The translations under genes and the position numbers were made by a program. Positions 12,201 through 22,980 of a stretch of 64,000 bases of DNA are shown here, piece by piece; position 1 is the first letter of the stretch; each line of letters starts with the position of its first letter. The notes below the pieces were generated by a model. That model had not been told where the DNA came from, did not search any database, and worked only from the letters and a program-made list of their open reading frames with translations. This DNA comes from Vicugna vicugna (Eukaryota), in contig MU058540.1 in NCBI GenBank assembly GCA_013265495.1, positions 829,696-893,695 of the forward strand. Reading direction: 5' to 3'.

Positions 12201-12790
12201 ACCTGATAGTGTCTGACTAGAAGGAAGTTCACAAGTGCCCTGGATGTCCCAGTAAGATGCACATGTGACGGAAGCTGGGACACAATTCAGGGCCTGCTAC
12301 CTGAGTGAGGATCTTGCAGGTCCATGGCCTAAAGCATGTTGGAATAATCTCTTCAAACTGAAAGAGAATCTGCTGCAACTTGAACCCTCTACCTCTAAAA
12401 AGGAGGCACAACTCTCAGTGGATTTCTTTGGATTTTGGAAGCACCCTGGAGATCAACACTTCTGATGCCTTTTCTAAGCAACCTGAAAGCATTAAGCTGT
12501 GAGGAGCCCCAAGCAGCGGAGCCTCTGCAGGGCCCCAGCTGTGCCGCAAGCCCCTCTACCCTCAGCCCTTGGCCAGTGGTGCTCAGAGCGTCCAGAACAG
12601 AGCACGATGCTGCACGAGCTTACCTGCAACAAGCCCCAGAGGGAAAGCCCCAAACGAGCCTCTGGAGCTTTTGAATAAGTAGCTGTTCTCCCTTGAGGAA
12701 GTGAGTTCTTTCCACAGCTCTATAGACTGAATACCTAACCCTGAGTCACCAAGCAGTCAGCGGCCTGAGATATCCATCCTGAACTAGACG
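9274..12790 (+). pseudogene. Decayed ERV-L (class III) internal region: gag, protease, RT, start of RNase H
   Basis: Translates to ERV-L-like motifs: AGWLFLTLDNLKQENDMLK (9544-9600), GSGDIWED, YTQKELQEF, FIDMGVVTRNSAF (gag); AAAPPDVVSLVEQINSAPGAWYSVADLENG (11925-12014), LPQG (12094-12105), LLQLEPSTSKKEAQLSVDFFGFWK (RT). Many stops and frameshifts. Confidence 0.9.
10495..10900 (-). mobile_element. LTR16(B)-like solo LTR inserted in the ERV-L internal region
   Basis: gagtcctctgggaagcagac.., cagactgcagtgcagtt, gccaaaagttgcc, ends ttcacggctacaca. Confidence 0.7.
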
Positions 12791-12914
12791 CCATTGGGCC
12801 CCCTTGCCCAGCAGCTTCCGTCTTCAGTAACCCTGTGCATAATCTGTGCCAACACCCTCCTTTCTCTCCCACATGAAAGTGACCCTCAATATTCTAGGGT
12901 GCAGACACCAGGAA

Positions 12915-13490
12915 TATCAGAAAGGAATATTTTAGTTGCAAGTAACAGAAAACATTGACTTAAACAGCAGAAAGGCTCACATAATTTTAAAAAACGCAGT
13001 TAACTGCTTCAGGTGAGGCTGGATCCAGCAGCCCAATAATACCACTGGAGACCTTCTTCCTGCCTCTCCTCTCTGCTTACTGTGGTGTCAAACTTATCCT
13101 ATCATGGCCCTCTCTGGCCCCCACAGGATGGCTGTCAGCATTCCTGGTGCTACTCTGCTTCCTCCTTCAAGTCTGGCGGCAGTGAGCACAACCCTGCAGG
13201 CAACTCTCTGGAAAGCAGAGGGGCTCCTTTCCCAGAATCCTCCAACACTCTGTGTCTCGTTGGCCTGAAATGGGTCATGTGCCCATCCGTGGACCAATTC
13301 TTGTGGATGGGGAGCTTCACTGATTGGCAGCAGACATCCAGGCCTCTCCCCTGGGGCTGAAGGCAGCCAATCCTACCCAAGTAGCATGACCTAGAGTGGG
13401 AGAGGGCTGATGCTCCAAAGGAAATTCGGGGGCTTTATTGCCATAAAGGGGGGGAATGAACGCTAGGCCCGGTAAGCAGCAGGCTTCACA
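12915..13490 (-). mobile_element. MLT1 (K/L-like) solo LTR
   Basis: ttagttgcaagtaacagaaaac, gcttcaggtgaggctggatccag, ttggcctgaaatgggtcatgtgcccatcc, ends ..caca. Confidence 0.8.
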
Positions 13491-15234
13491 GAGGGAACCA
13501 GGGAGGGGAAAGGAATCAGATTTGGATACAGAATCATAGTCCCGTATTTTGGCCTGAACCTTATAAATTCTCAGACTCCAACCATGTTGCTGGGGTTTTT
13601 CCTCCTCTGGGGCCTCTGCTGACTGTGAGGGGCAGTCATGGCCCGTGGGTGGAGGGCAGTGGGGAAAACCTCAGAGCTGCAACTTCAGCTGTTTCTCCTG
13701 AATTCTGCTAACAAGGCTGGGAAACTGGGAACTGAGTCCTGAGGAAGCACAGGCACTTGCCTCAAGCTCTGCGCTTGGAGCCTTTTTGCCCTGCCTTGAA
13801 AGTTATTTCACTTTTCACACCTCCCTCTTTTGTTATAGAAACATTCCACCCTCAAACCCACTAATTAAACACACTCAAAAAAGTGATATTTCTGCATTAC
13901 TGTTTCAGACAAAGACACATTTGGCGTGTTTACTGGACTCCGCCGTCTCTAAGCAGAGACTGTCCGTGGGATGCATCTGAGTCCCGTGCCATCCTGCAGG
14001 GACCAGACTGTTTTGTTGTCATGCACCGGGTGGTGCAGGGGGAGGGGGCCTTTTCCTGTTGCCCGAGCAGCCATGTCTATTTGTTTGAATGTGTTCTCTG
14101 GGAAGCCTTCACTTTGCCCCGAAGTTATTTTTCTCTGCTATAACACTATTTTCCAGTGCAAGATAACCTGATACCCCCAAAGCACTACAGGACGCCTTTG
14201 CAGGAAAGAGACACCTTTATCACATTACATTTTAGTTACGAACCACATTATTTAATTGCAGGTCATTGTTTATTACTTACATAAACTTGTTTTCCTTGTT
14301 CAATGGCTGTGTTTTTCTATCTGCGAGAAATTGGGTGTCTTGGCAGAGGATAGTATGTGCTGTCATTTTTCCATTAAAATTAATGAAAATATTTTTTTCA
14401 TTTTATGGTTTTCATCCAGGAGCAAGGTTTTCAGAAATTAAAGTCATGGAGCGAGGGACAGGTGTGTTCACCCTGGCCTTATTGAGCCTTACCTCCTTCC
14501 TTGAGCCCTGCTCCTGACAAGGAACTCCACCTTGGCAGAGAAAGCCTCTCAGGAAGGCAGGTGCTGTCCCCAGTGGGCTCCTCCAGGCCCTCACATTTTC
14601 CCCTCACGTCATGAGGGTGTCAGTCATTCCACCCCTCCCATCCCCTACAGCCCAGCACGGTTCAGCCGAATCTAACCCGCAGTGGGCAGGATGGAACGTG
14701 TTCTCTCTGGACGGTTCACCCTTGAGGGCATCTCCAAGATGGCGCTGGATTTCCACTTCCAACTGCAGGAGGCTGAGACCACAGGCTCTCCTGTTTGAGA
14801 CATCCACGTACCAGGCGTTCAGAGCAGTCTCACCAGACCGCAGCTCCATACTCACCTGCGTTTAGAACAAGCCCCCCACTGGGCCACAGGTGGCTGGGGA
14901 GAGGGCGGGCCTGGAGGGAGGGAAACACTGTGAGGGCGCTAACACTGAAGAACTGCCGTGGTGGCCCAGATGGCTGCGGGGAGAAGGACAGAACACAGGA
15001 GGTCCTGACAGGACTGGGCTTGGGGCTGGGAGGAGGGGTTGAAGATGACGGAGGGGCCAGTGGGCTATGGCAGGGGCAGGGCAGATGTGGGCAATTTAGG
15101 ATGTGCGGCACGTGGCGTGTGTAGGGCTCTCCAAGCAGACACGTCCAGTGGGAATGTGGATTCTATATATAGAGTGTGTAGCGCCAGAGTCCAGAGGGAG
15201 GTCTGGACTGGTCTGTCTTCCTGCTGGACAGCAG

Positions 15235-15316
15235 TTTTCTCAAAGGCTGGGACAGATTATTATCACTGCCCCTGGCATACAGTAGGTGCTGCACAAATGC
15301 CTATAGAATGAATGAG
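15235..15316 (+). mobile_element. L2 3' terminus
   Basis: cctggcatacagtaggtgct..aaatg..gaatgaatgag. Confidence 0.75.
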
Positions 15317-15361
15317 TGTGCTCTAGGCCAGCCCAGGAGGGGACTCTGGGTCTGTACACAC

Positions 15362-15445
15362 CTGTGCGTGCCTCTGTGTGTGTATGTATGCGCATGTGTG
15401 TGCACCTCGGTGTGTGCATGCATGTGATGGGGAGTGGGTGTGCAA
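15362..15445. repeat. Degenerate (TG/CA) alternating repeat
   Basis: Directly visible. Confidence 0.75.
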
Positions 15446-16429
15446 TGCCAAGTGTAGTCCAGCCTGTCGCCTCACCCACGGAAGTTCCCAAGGGGCGGGC
15501 TCTCTTTCCAGCTCTATTTGTGTGACAGGTGTTGGCAGTTTATCTAACTGTGATAATGAAGAGGATAAGGGTGCTAATTCCTTCTCACTTTATTGAATCC
15601 TCCAATCCTTCACAGCCTTAGGGCCTGAGAGGGGGGTGATTAAAAGACACTTCAGCACGCCGCTTATTGCCAATTAACAGACTCCAATGGAAACAATTAA
15701 TAAAGTCACTGTGGGAGGCGCGCAGGAAGGACTCAATCCCCCAGCCTGGGCAAACCCTGCCACTTCATGGACCCCCAGGCCCAGGTGCACACAGAGGGCC
15801 GTGCCCATGGGGCAGGTGGTTAGGGATAATGCATGCCTGGGAGGTGGCAGAGAGATGCCCAGGCTCATATCTGGGGGTGGGGTCCACAAGTTCACCCCAG
15901 CGATGCCAATAGACCATAGTCCCAGAAAAGGTGAGGAGGTTGCCCAAGTCCCCAGGGACCACCTACACAGGGCTCATTGCACCATACAGCCCACACCCTG
16001 CTGCCCCCGCCTCGCCCCCCTGGGCCAGGCAGAGCTGAACCTGATGGGCCTCCTCTGCGGCCCAAGGCCAGGGCCCCTCCACCAGTCACTGCACCTCTTA
16101 GGGGAAGCCGGTGTGACTCTGCCCCCACCCCCAGGTCCCCACACCTTGCCTTCTCCGGGATGAAATGTGCCTCACCAGCCTGGGAGTGGCCTTGCTTCTT
16201 AAGGACAACTTTCAAGGGTTGCTGTGTGAGCTTCCAGAAGGTTCTGGCATTAGTAAGCCCACTAGTGCCAGATGCCGCCCCCACTGATCCTGTGACATCT
16301 TTAAACCAATCTTAGTGGGAAGTTTGAGGTAAAGTTGGGAAAACACAACTCAAAGGGTGAAGGCATGTGCTCGTGTAACCTCATCCCTCAGCCCGTCCGG
16401 GGCGGCCTGGCCGTGAGCCCAGGTCTAGG

Positions 16430-16712
16430 CCCCACAGGCCACACACAACTTGTGTCACGGCCGCCCAATTCCACCTTGAGGTGCAGAGGCAGCGTCAACA
16501 ATATGTAAACAACTGAGCGAGGCCATGTGCCAATAAAACTTTACTTACAATAAAACTGTAATTTCAAATAATTTTCACACATCACAAAACATTCTTGTCT
16601 TGGTTCTTTTTCACTTACTTAAAGATGGAAAAACCATGCTTAGTTCCCAGACCGTACAAAAACAGGTGATGGGCCAGATGTCGCCCACAGGTCATAGTTT
16701 GCCAGCCCCCAG
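16430..16712. mobile_element. MER58B-like hAT-Charlie element
   Basis: caatatgtaaacaactgagc..ccaataaaacttta..; gggccagat..catagtttgcc..cccc end. Confidence 0.8.
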
Positions 16713-17739
16713 TCTAGGCTTTAGGAAACTTTGGGACTCCCTGGGCATCCCAAAGAGAACTTTCCTGGGATATGACCCCTTCTGGGGACTGGGGGGCAGA
16801 GAATCTAAAGTCCCACTACCTAACCTTTCTGGTGGAGGCAGGAAGGCAAAAAATGGGGTACAGACCTGGTTTCACCAGAGAATCACGTGGCCACAAAGCA
16901 TGGCCACTGGGGGACAGAGGCTGAGAGGCAGGGTATGGATGCAGAAAGACAAACAGACATGGATGAGGAGAGATGCAGCACCCCTCCCTCCCTCCGGTTT
17001 CCGGGCAGGGCATGGACCATCCAAAATGGTGGCTGAGCCTCAACATCTGGACCTAGGACAGCCTCCTGCTCTCGCATGGGACTGTGGGCGCATCTGATGT
17101 CCTGGGACTTCAAGGTAGATGAGAGAGAACAGACCCAGAGGGAGCTGAGAAGTTGACTTTCTCGCTTCATCCCTCTTCACCTCATTCATTCAGTCAACAT
17201 CTTCTTAGCAGCCACTAAGTGTGGCTTGTGTTTTCAGTTTGAGAAAAAGCCTACTAGCCTTGCAGCTGTCTGTGGAAATGACCCTGGGGGAGGGGAAATG
17301 TGTTTTGAGTTGCCCTAAGCTGCTTGGGAAGTGAGAGTAAATAGAGGGCACCCATGTCAACAGGGCAGGTAAGTAACGTCCAGTGTCAGAGGGGATCCCT
17401 GGGTGTTGACAAAGCAAGTAATTCAGCAGAGCCAGTCCTATGTAGAGGCAGCAGGAAGGTGTCCCTGAAGGCTTTGTATAAAAGGCAATACAGATTGATG
17501 GGAAAGAGAGAGTGATCACTTTGTAAAAACAAGCGGTGACTTTGCCATCTGGCCCCTGTTGGGTGCTCCCCCCTTGACCCTGCCTCCCTTCCTGCCTCAG
17601 CTCCCGCAGGGCACCTTGTCAGACCGGGGACAGGTGGCGGACCCAGAACTCCACCATCCAGGCTCAAGCAGCAGGGCGAGGGCCCTAGAGTGGTTGATGT
17701 GGGCACCAGCCCGCTGGGTGAATTCACAAGCACCTCTCT

Positions 17740-18130
17740 TTTTCTCATCCTGTATCTTCCAACCTCAGAAATCCTGCTGGCTCTACCTTGAAAATGTGCC
17801 CCAAATGTGACCACTTCTCCCCACCCTGCTGTCGCCCTGGACAAGCCTGGAGGAGTGCAGCTGACACCTCACTGGCCCCCCTGCCCCACAGCCTGTCCTC
17901 CAGAGCAGCCAGAGGGACACTACGCTCTCTGGTCTCCACTGGTCCCACAGCCCTGCCATCTCCAGAATGAATCCAAATTTTCAGCATGGCTAGAAACTCT
18001 GCAACCCTATGGCCACTGCTCTCTCCCCACTGAAGCCCCTTTATGACACCCCCACCAGCCTCCCTGTTACCCCTACCTGAAGCTGCCCATCTTCCCCGGG
18101 TACCCCCCAGGCTCCCTCCCTCACCCACTG
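17740..18130 (+). mobile_element. L2 fragment
   Basis: aaatcctgctggctctaccttgaaaat.., cagagcagccagaggga, atccaaattttcagcatggc. Confidence 0.7.
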
Positions 18131-18244
18131 CAGCTGTTCCCTCAGTGACTCAGCTCCCTCCCCACCTCCTCCTCATTTGTCTCCTCTGTGTTTCAGCCCT
18201 CTGGCTACTTTATCCATTTCCTGTTTGTCTCCTGCTACTAGAAA

Positions 18245-18756
18245 AGGAAAGCCTGGGGCCTACAGATCCCCAAGGACCCCTGGATGGAATTCTGGGGGTC
18301 TGTGACTGTGGATTGGGGAAAAAAAATCACATCTTTATTTTCCCTCATGTGTATTAAAATTTAGCACCTCCTTCCATTGTGCGTGTCAGCCGCGAACCAC
18401 AGTAATTGTCGTAGAACCTGTGGCTCTGTCACACATAGAATGTGCAGGTAAGTTCAAATCGTATTATAATTGTGGCAGAAATCTTGAAATATCATTTATG
18501 CTCAACCCTACTTCAAAATGATGGTAGTTTTATTAGACCCACTGCTCGATCTTATTATTATTAATAAAGAAGCATGTGTATTACTCCATTGCAATTTTTT
18601 CTTAATATTTTGATAACTGCATTTTAATATAATTGATTTCCCTTGAATCTTATAAATTGTATTGCGTGGATTTATAAATGTTCTTCTGAGAAGGAGTCTA
18701 TAGCCTTCCCCAGCTGCCAGAGGCATCCACGCATAGCTTCAATGAGGAGCCTCTGT
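18245..18756. mobile_element. Charlie4a-like hAT element, near full length
   Basis: aaaaaaatcacatctttattttc, aaatttagca, ttattagaccc..gctcgatctt, ttgataactg, ttctgagaaggagtctatag. Confidence 0.85.
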
Positions 18757-18821
18757 TCTAGAATGTGAACTCTGTGCAGAAAGGGCCCAATGCAAAGTAG
18801 GAGCAAAATAAATGTTGGTGA

Positions 18822-18952
18822 GGGGAGGGTATAGGTCATGCAGAGCTCAAGCAGAGCACATGCTTAGCATGTACGAGGTCCTGGGTTCAATCCCCAGTAC
18901 CTCCATTAAAATAAATAAACTTAATTACCTCCTGAAACAAAGAAACAAAAAA
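18822..18952 (+). mobile_element. tRNA-Ala-derived SINE (Vic-1-like)
   Basis: ggggagggtatag..atgcttagcatgtacgaggtcctgggttcaatccccagtacctcc plus aaataaataaacttaattacctcc tail. Confidence 0.9.
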
Positions 18953-19018
18953 GTGGGTGGAAGAGAGGAGGGTGGGGAGAGGGAGGGAAGGAGCCAGGAC
19001 AGATGTGAACAAGATTTA

Positions 19019-19222
19019 GTGGTGAGAGCAGAGCCTGAATCAAACTGCCCTGGGCAAACCCAGCTCCATGTGCTAAATGCGTCGCGGAACCAGGCGGAGC
19101 CTCAGTCTCCTCGTCCGTAAGATGGACACTGTCATACCTGCTTTATACAGTTGTTGTGAAGACAAAATAGTATGCCTTGTGCACAGCTTGGTGCATGGCT
19201 AATGCTCAAGAAGTTATAACAT
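19019..19222 (+). mobile_element. MIR SINE
   Basis: gagcctcagtctcctcgtccgtaagatgg..gttgttgtgaaga..tgctcaagaagtt. Confidence 0.8.
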
Positions 19223-19760
19223 ATTTTGGTCAATGCCATGGCTTCCCCAGCTCTAGGCTTTTGCTCAGAGATCCAGCTTCTCAACCAGGAAGGCAAAGGC
19301 ATTCCATAGAGCTCTCCGCCTGCAGAGGTCCAGGGAGTTCTAAGGAGATGCAGCCTCACTCCAGGCAGGCTGGCAGGGCTGGGCCACGGGCAGGCGCTGA
19401 GAACAAGGAGAACTGTCCATCATAGCTGGGCTGGGGGTCATGCCTGCGCATGCTCAGATAGGGGATGTGGGGGAATTCTAATCATGCTCCTAGAAGAGGA
19501 ATCCTCCAAGACCCTAACTTGTGAGTCTGAAGGCCATGCCAGGAAGGCATCTGGGACAAACCATTAGGAAGGGGGTCCTGAGGGCCCTGAGCAAACTTGG
19601 CCCCACTGGCCAAGTTCCATCCCCTGTGCCCCACAGTCTGGATCTCCCTGACTTACCTACCCTGAGGCTGCATCCCGGGGCCAACGTCCTTGTCCTTCCT
19701 GCTCAGGGAGGCCCAGGGCTGGCATCTCTTGGCTGCCTAGGGCGCCCTCTTACCTGAGGC

Positions 19761-19895
19761 CCTGCTTCCCAACTTTTTGCCCATCACAACACAGAAAATG
19801 AGAGCCATTTTCAAGGCAGAGTGTGGACAAGAATGAAGAAGCCAGAGACACGCAGTCTCGCCAGCACCCTGAGGGCCAAGGACACACCTCACAGC
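19761..19895. mobile_element. Possible hAT-Charlie MITE fragment (MER117-like)
   Basis: gcttcccaactttt..acacagaaaatga..ccctgagggc..cacacct. Confidence 0.4.
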
Positions 19896-21248
19896 AGCCT
19901 CCTAGTCCCTAAACAGACCAATGTCCTCTTGCCTTGGGGCTCTTGCCCTTGCCAGGCTCCCTGCTCTACGTCCAAACATTCACATGATTTGTCACCACCA
20001 CTTCCTCTCATCTCCGCCTAAGTGCCAGCCGTGTCCACAACCTGCCAGAGATCTGAGGTGGTGGGATGATCCTGGCTTCAGAATAGTTCATCTGTAAATG
20101 GGACAGTACCATTGGCTTCCTGGGGTTGGCTGTGAGGACAGAGGTGGTGTCTGGGCTCTCAGGGGTGGAGTAGGCACAAGCGAATAGGGCCCTAGTATGA
20201 CTGGTGCCCCAACCCAGGCTCTGCCTGGGTCTCCTACCTGTTGCTCTGGGCTGGGACCTCCATACAAGAAGAGGCCCATCCCTCCTGGACCTCAAGTGGA
20301 CCCAGCCCACCTTCTTGCTCTGCCTTACAGCTTCCCCAGCACAAGAGCAGGCTTTGCTCATTGGCTCCACCTACTACCCTTTGAGGGAACTGAGTGGATG
20401 TCCTTGCACCCATTTTACAGCTGGGGAATCTAGGCCTCACGGGGCAAGGTGACATAGTGCCCAGGTCTTGCCTGCCTTTCTGCTGCCGTTCTTCATGTTA
20501 GACTGAGTGATGGGGCATCCACTTAGACTCATGTGGGTTCTGAGGTTGTACTGGGGCCCCATCACTATGCCCACAGAGGGGAGCTATGCATTCAGGGTTC
20601 TGCAGTGGTACCAGCCTTCATTTATGGAACCCTGACCACACACTTAGCATTTGACTTTGGGACTTGTCAGTCCTCACAAGCCCAGGAATAGTTCCTGTGC
20701 CAGGGTGAGCCTGCCCCAGGAATCAAGTCTGGTCCTGGAGATGAGGAAGTCTGTGCCCCTCCCAGAACACTGCCAGGAGGCGGGGACAAGAGGAGGGCTC
20801 ACATGAAGAGGAAAGAGGATGTGTGTCTTGAAGAAACTGTAGCTGCTTCACAAGACAGAGATTCAGCCAGGAAAAGCCGGCTGGCAGCCGCTTGGGAGGC
20901 ACGCGGGAAGCCAAAGGAAGAAGGAAGCTGCCAGCGCATCTGCACCCTCAGGAGCTAAAGGTGCTTGTGGCAAAGCTAGGGTGAGGAGGTAGCTCCTAGG
21001 GACCCTGGGGTGATGCTGGCCCATGAGCCCCACCACTGGCCATCCCTCCCCTGCTAGACTTGGCCTCCAGGCATCTTAGCCTCTCCTGACTTATAAGGTC
21101 CAGAGTTAGGACCCAGGGACAATCAGATGTGGTGGGTTTGTGGGTGTTGCTGTACTGGTATAAGTTTCTGAGGGCTGGCTTTCCAGGGTTGGGTAGCTGG
21201 GATTAGAGCCACAAGGCATGAGGGCATCTTGTCACTTTTGGTGGCTAG

Positions 21249-21440
21249 GTGTTCGTGCGTGCTTATACATGTGTGTATATGTGTGCATGTCTTCACACAT
21301 GGACCAGCGTGCATGCATTTGCATGTGCGCGTGGTGTGTGTATGGACACGTGTGTTCATGCATGTGTTCAGTGGCACAAGGTATGTGAGTGCACATGCCT
21401 TGTACAGGCGTGTGTATGCACGCATGCGCGTGTGTGTCGG
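21249..21440. repeat. ~190-bp degenerate alternating purine-pyrimidine (TG/CA/TA/CG) tract
   Basis: Directly visible. Confidence 0.85.
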
Positions 21441-22407
21441 AAAGCTCTGCAGAGAGGGCATGAGTAACAGAGAAGGGATGTTGAGGATCCCCCCTGTTCC
21501 CATCATCCCCCCTGAAGCTGGCTGGGGAGGGTGTGCGGGGAACCAGAGGCCTGAGGCACCTTCTTCTCCCAAAGGTGCCACCACCAGCAGGGGAGGAAGG
21601 GAGGGAGGAAGCATCACCTTATTTAAATGCAAATGACTGAAACACAACTTTCTTTATTAAAATGCAAATTGCACTTCAGTCTCTGACACCTCCCGAGTGC
21701 CAAAGCCACAGAACACAGTCAGGAATCAAAGCTACAGGACCCCAGTCACCCAGGATGGTGAGAGGCCCCACTGGCTGGTGTACAAAGAAAGGGGGACAGA
21801 GGTTGAGCCCCAGGTGGGCTTGGGATGCTGAGCAGGATGCTGGTCCTGCCTCTGGGCTTCTGGGAGAGGGAAGCAGTCACTGATGCCAGAAGTGGGGGCT
21901 GGAGGTCTGGATTGTCACCCCTATAGGCAACCAGGCTGGAACTTGCCACGGGTTGTTTCCTGCTGGCTCTGCCTGGCTGGGGTAACATGCTGGGTGCTTT
22001 CCTAATGAGCCTGGGCTCCCTGGTGAGCCTGGAGCCCTCAGTTGGAAGGTGGTAAGAACTGTTTGTCTGCGTGCCAACATGATTAAACGGATTGCCTCTT
22101 GCACGGTCAGAATCCAGCTGCTGGGGCCAGAGCACTGGAGTGTACCAAAAGCAGCCCCCAGGTCGGAGATCAGGCCTGGGGGCAGGCCTGCCTCTCTCAG
22201 CCTCTTCTCTCGCCAGGGGCTCAGGAATGGGCTGCCAGGCTGCCAGGCTGCCAGGTACAGCTGGGCAGGTAATGAGGGGGCAACAGTTAGGTCCATGCTT
22301 TGCTCCGCAAGCTGGGTGACTTGGCCTGGGGCCCAGTCCTCTGGGAAGAAGTGTATCTTTTTCTTCACACACAGACGCTAGATTTACACCTTTTCCCAAT
22401 TCATCCA

Positions 22408-22421
22408 CCCGCAGAGGGCGC
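22408..22421 (+). promoter_or_regulatory. Candidate CTCF site
   Basis: CCCGCAGAGGGCGC vs CCASYAGRKGGCRS, 1 mismatch. Confidence 0.45.
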
Positions 22422-22889
22422 CTTTTCCTAATTTGCACACACACTGTAGAGGCCAGGGGCCCCTCAGACCCCTGACTCTTCTTTCTTCTGCTCTACACCT
22501 TCCCTTCAGATCCTACCTCTCCTCCCCGCTCCTTGGTCCCTCACCACCGTCTCAACACTTTGTTTCCTGCACTCCTTCCCTGCGCCTCGTCCTCCAGCTG
22601 TTATCTCACCCTCTCTGTACCCCCTCTCTGTAGGTCCCTCTGGTTTGTTCTCCCAGAATCAGACTGACACCCAGTCCTTACCCTCTAGGGCCAAGGTAGG
22701 TGCGGACAGCCCAGGAAAGGTGGGCCAGGTCCTCGCTGCTTCAGGTCCCTGTGCCGGCACAAGCGGAGAGCCTGGGGCGTGGGGGAGGGTCCCTGTTCCT
22801 TCCATCTGCCAAGCTCCTAATATAGGCAGCAGCAGCCTCGGCGCAGGAGCGGGGGAAGCAAGGGAAGCAGAAGGCAACTTGGAGCTGGA

Positions 22890-22980
22890 GGGTGACAGGG
22901 CTGCGTTTCCTCCGTATAAATAGTCCCGTCTGTCACCCGGGGGGCGGGTGGCTTCCTGGGGCACTTCTGATGTCATTGGC
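22890..22980 (-). promoter_or_regulatory. Candidate Pol II core promoter (CCAAT, GC box, TATA-like, Inr)
   Basis: Minus strand: CCAAT 22979-22975, GC box 22941-22948, TATTTATA 22922-22915, TCA initiator-like A at 22893. Confidence 0.4.

Noticed and set aside
21123..21647. His/Thr/Cys/Val-rich ORFs
   Set aside because: Translation of the (TG/CA) low-complexity tract
22634..22695. Plus-strand micro-exon (acceptor tgtag or cccag, donor AAG|GTAGGT)
   Set aside because: Splice-like signals alone are common; no partner exons or recognisable peptide
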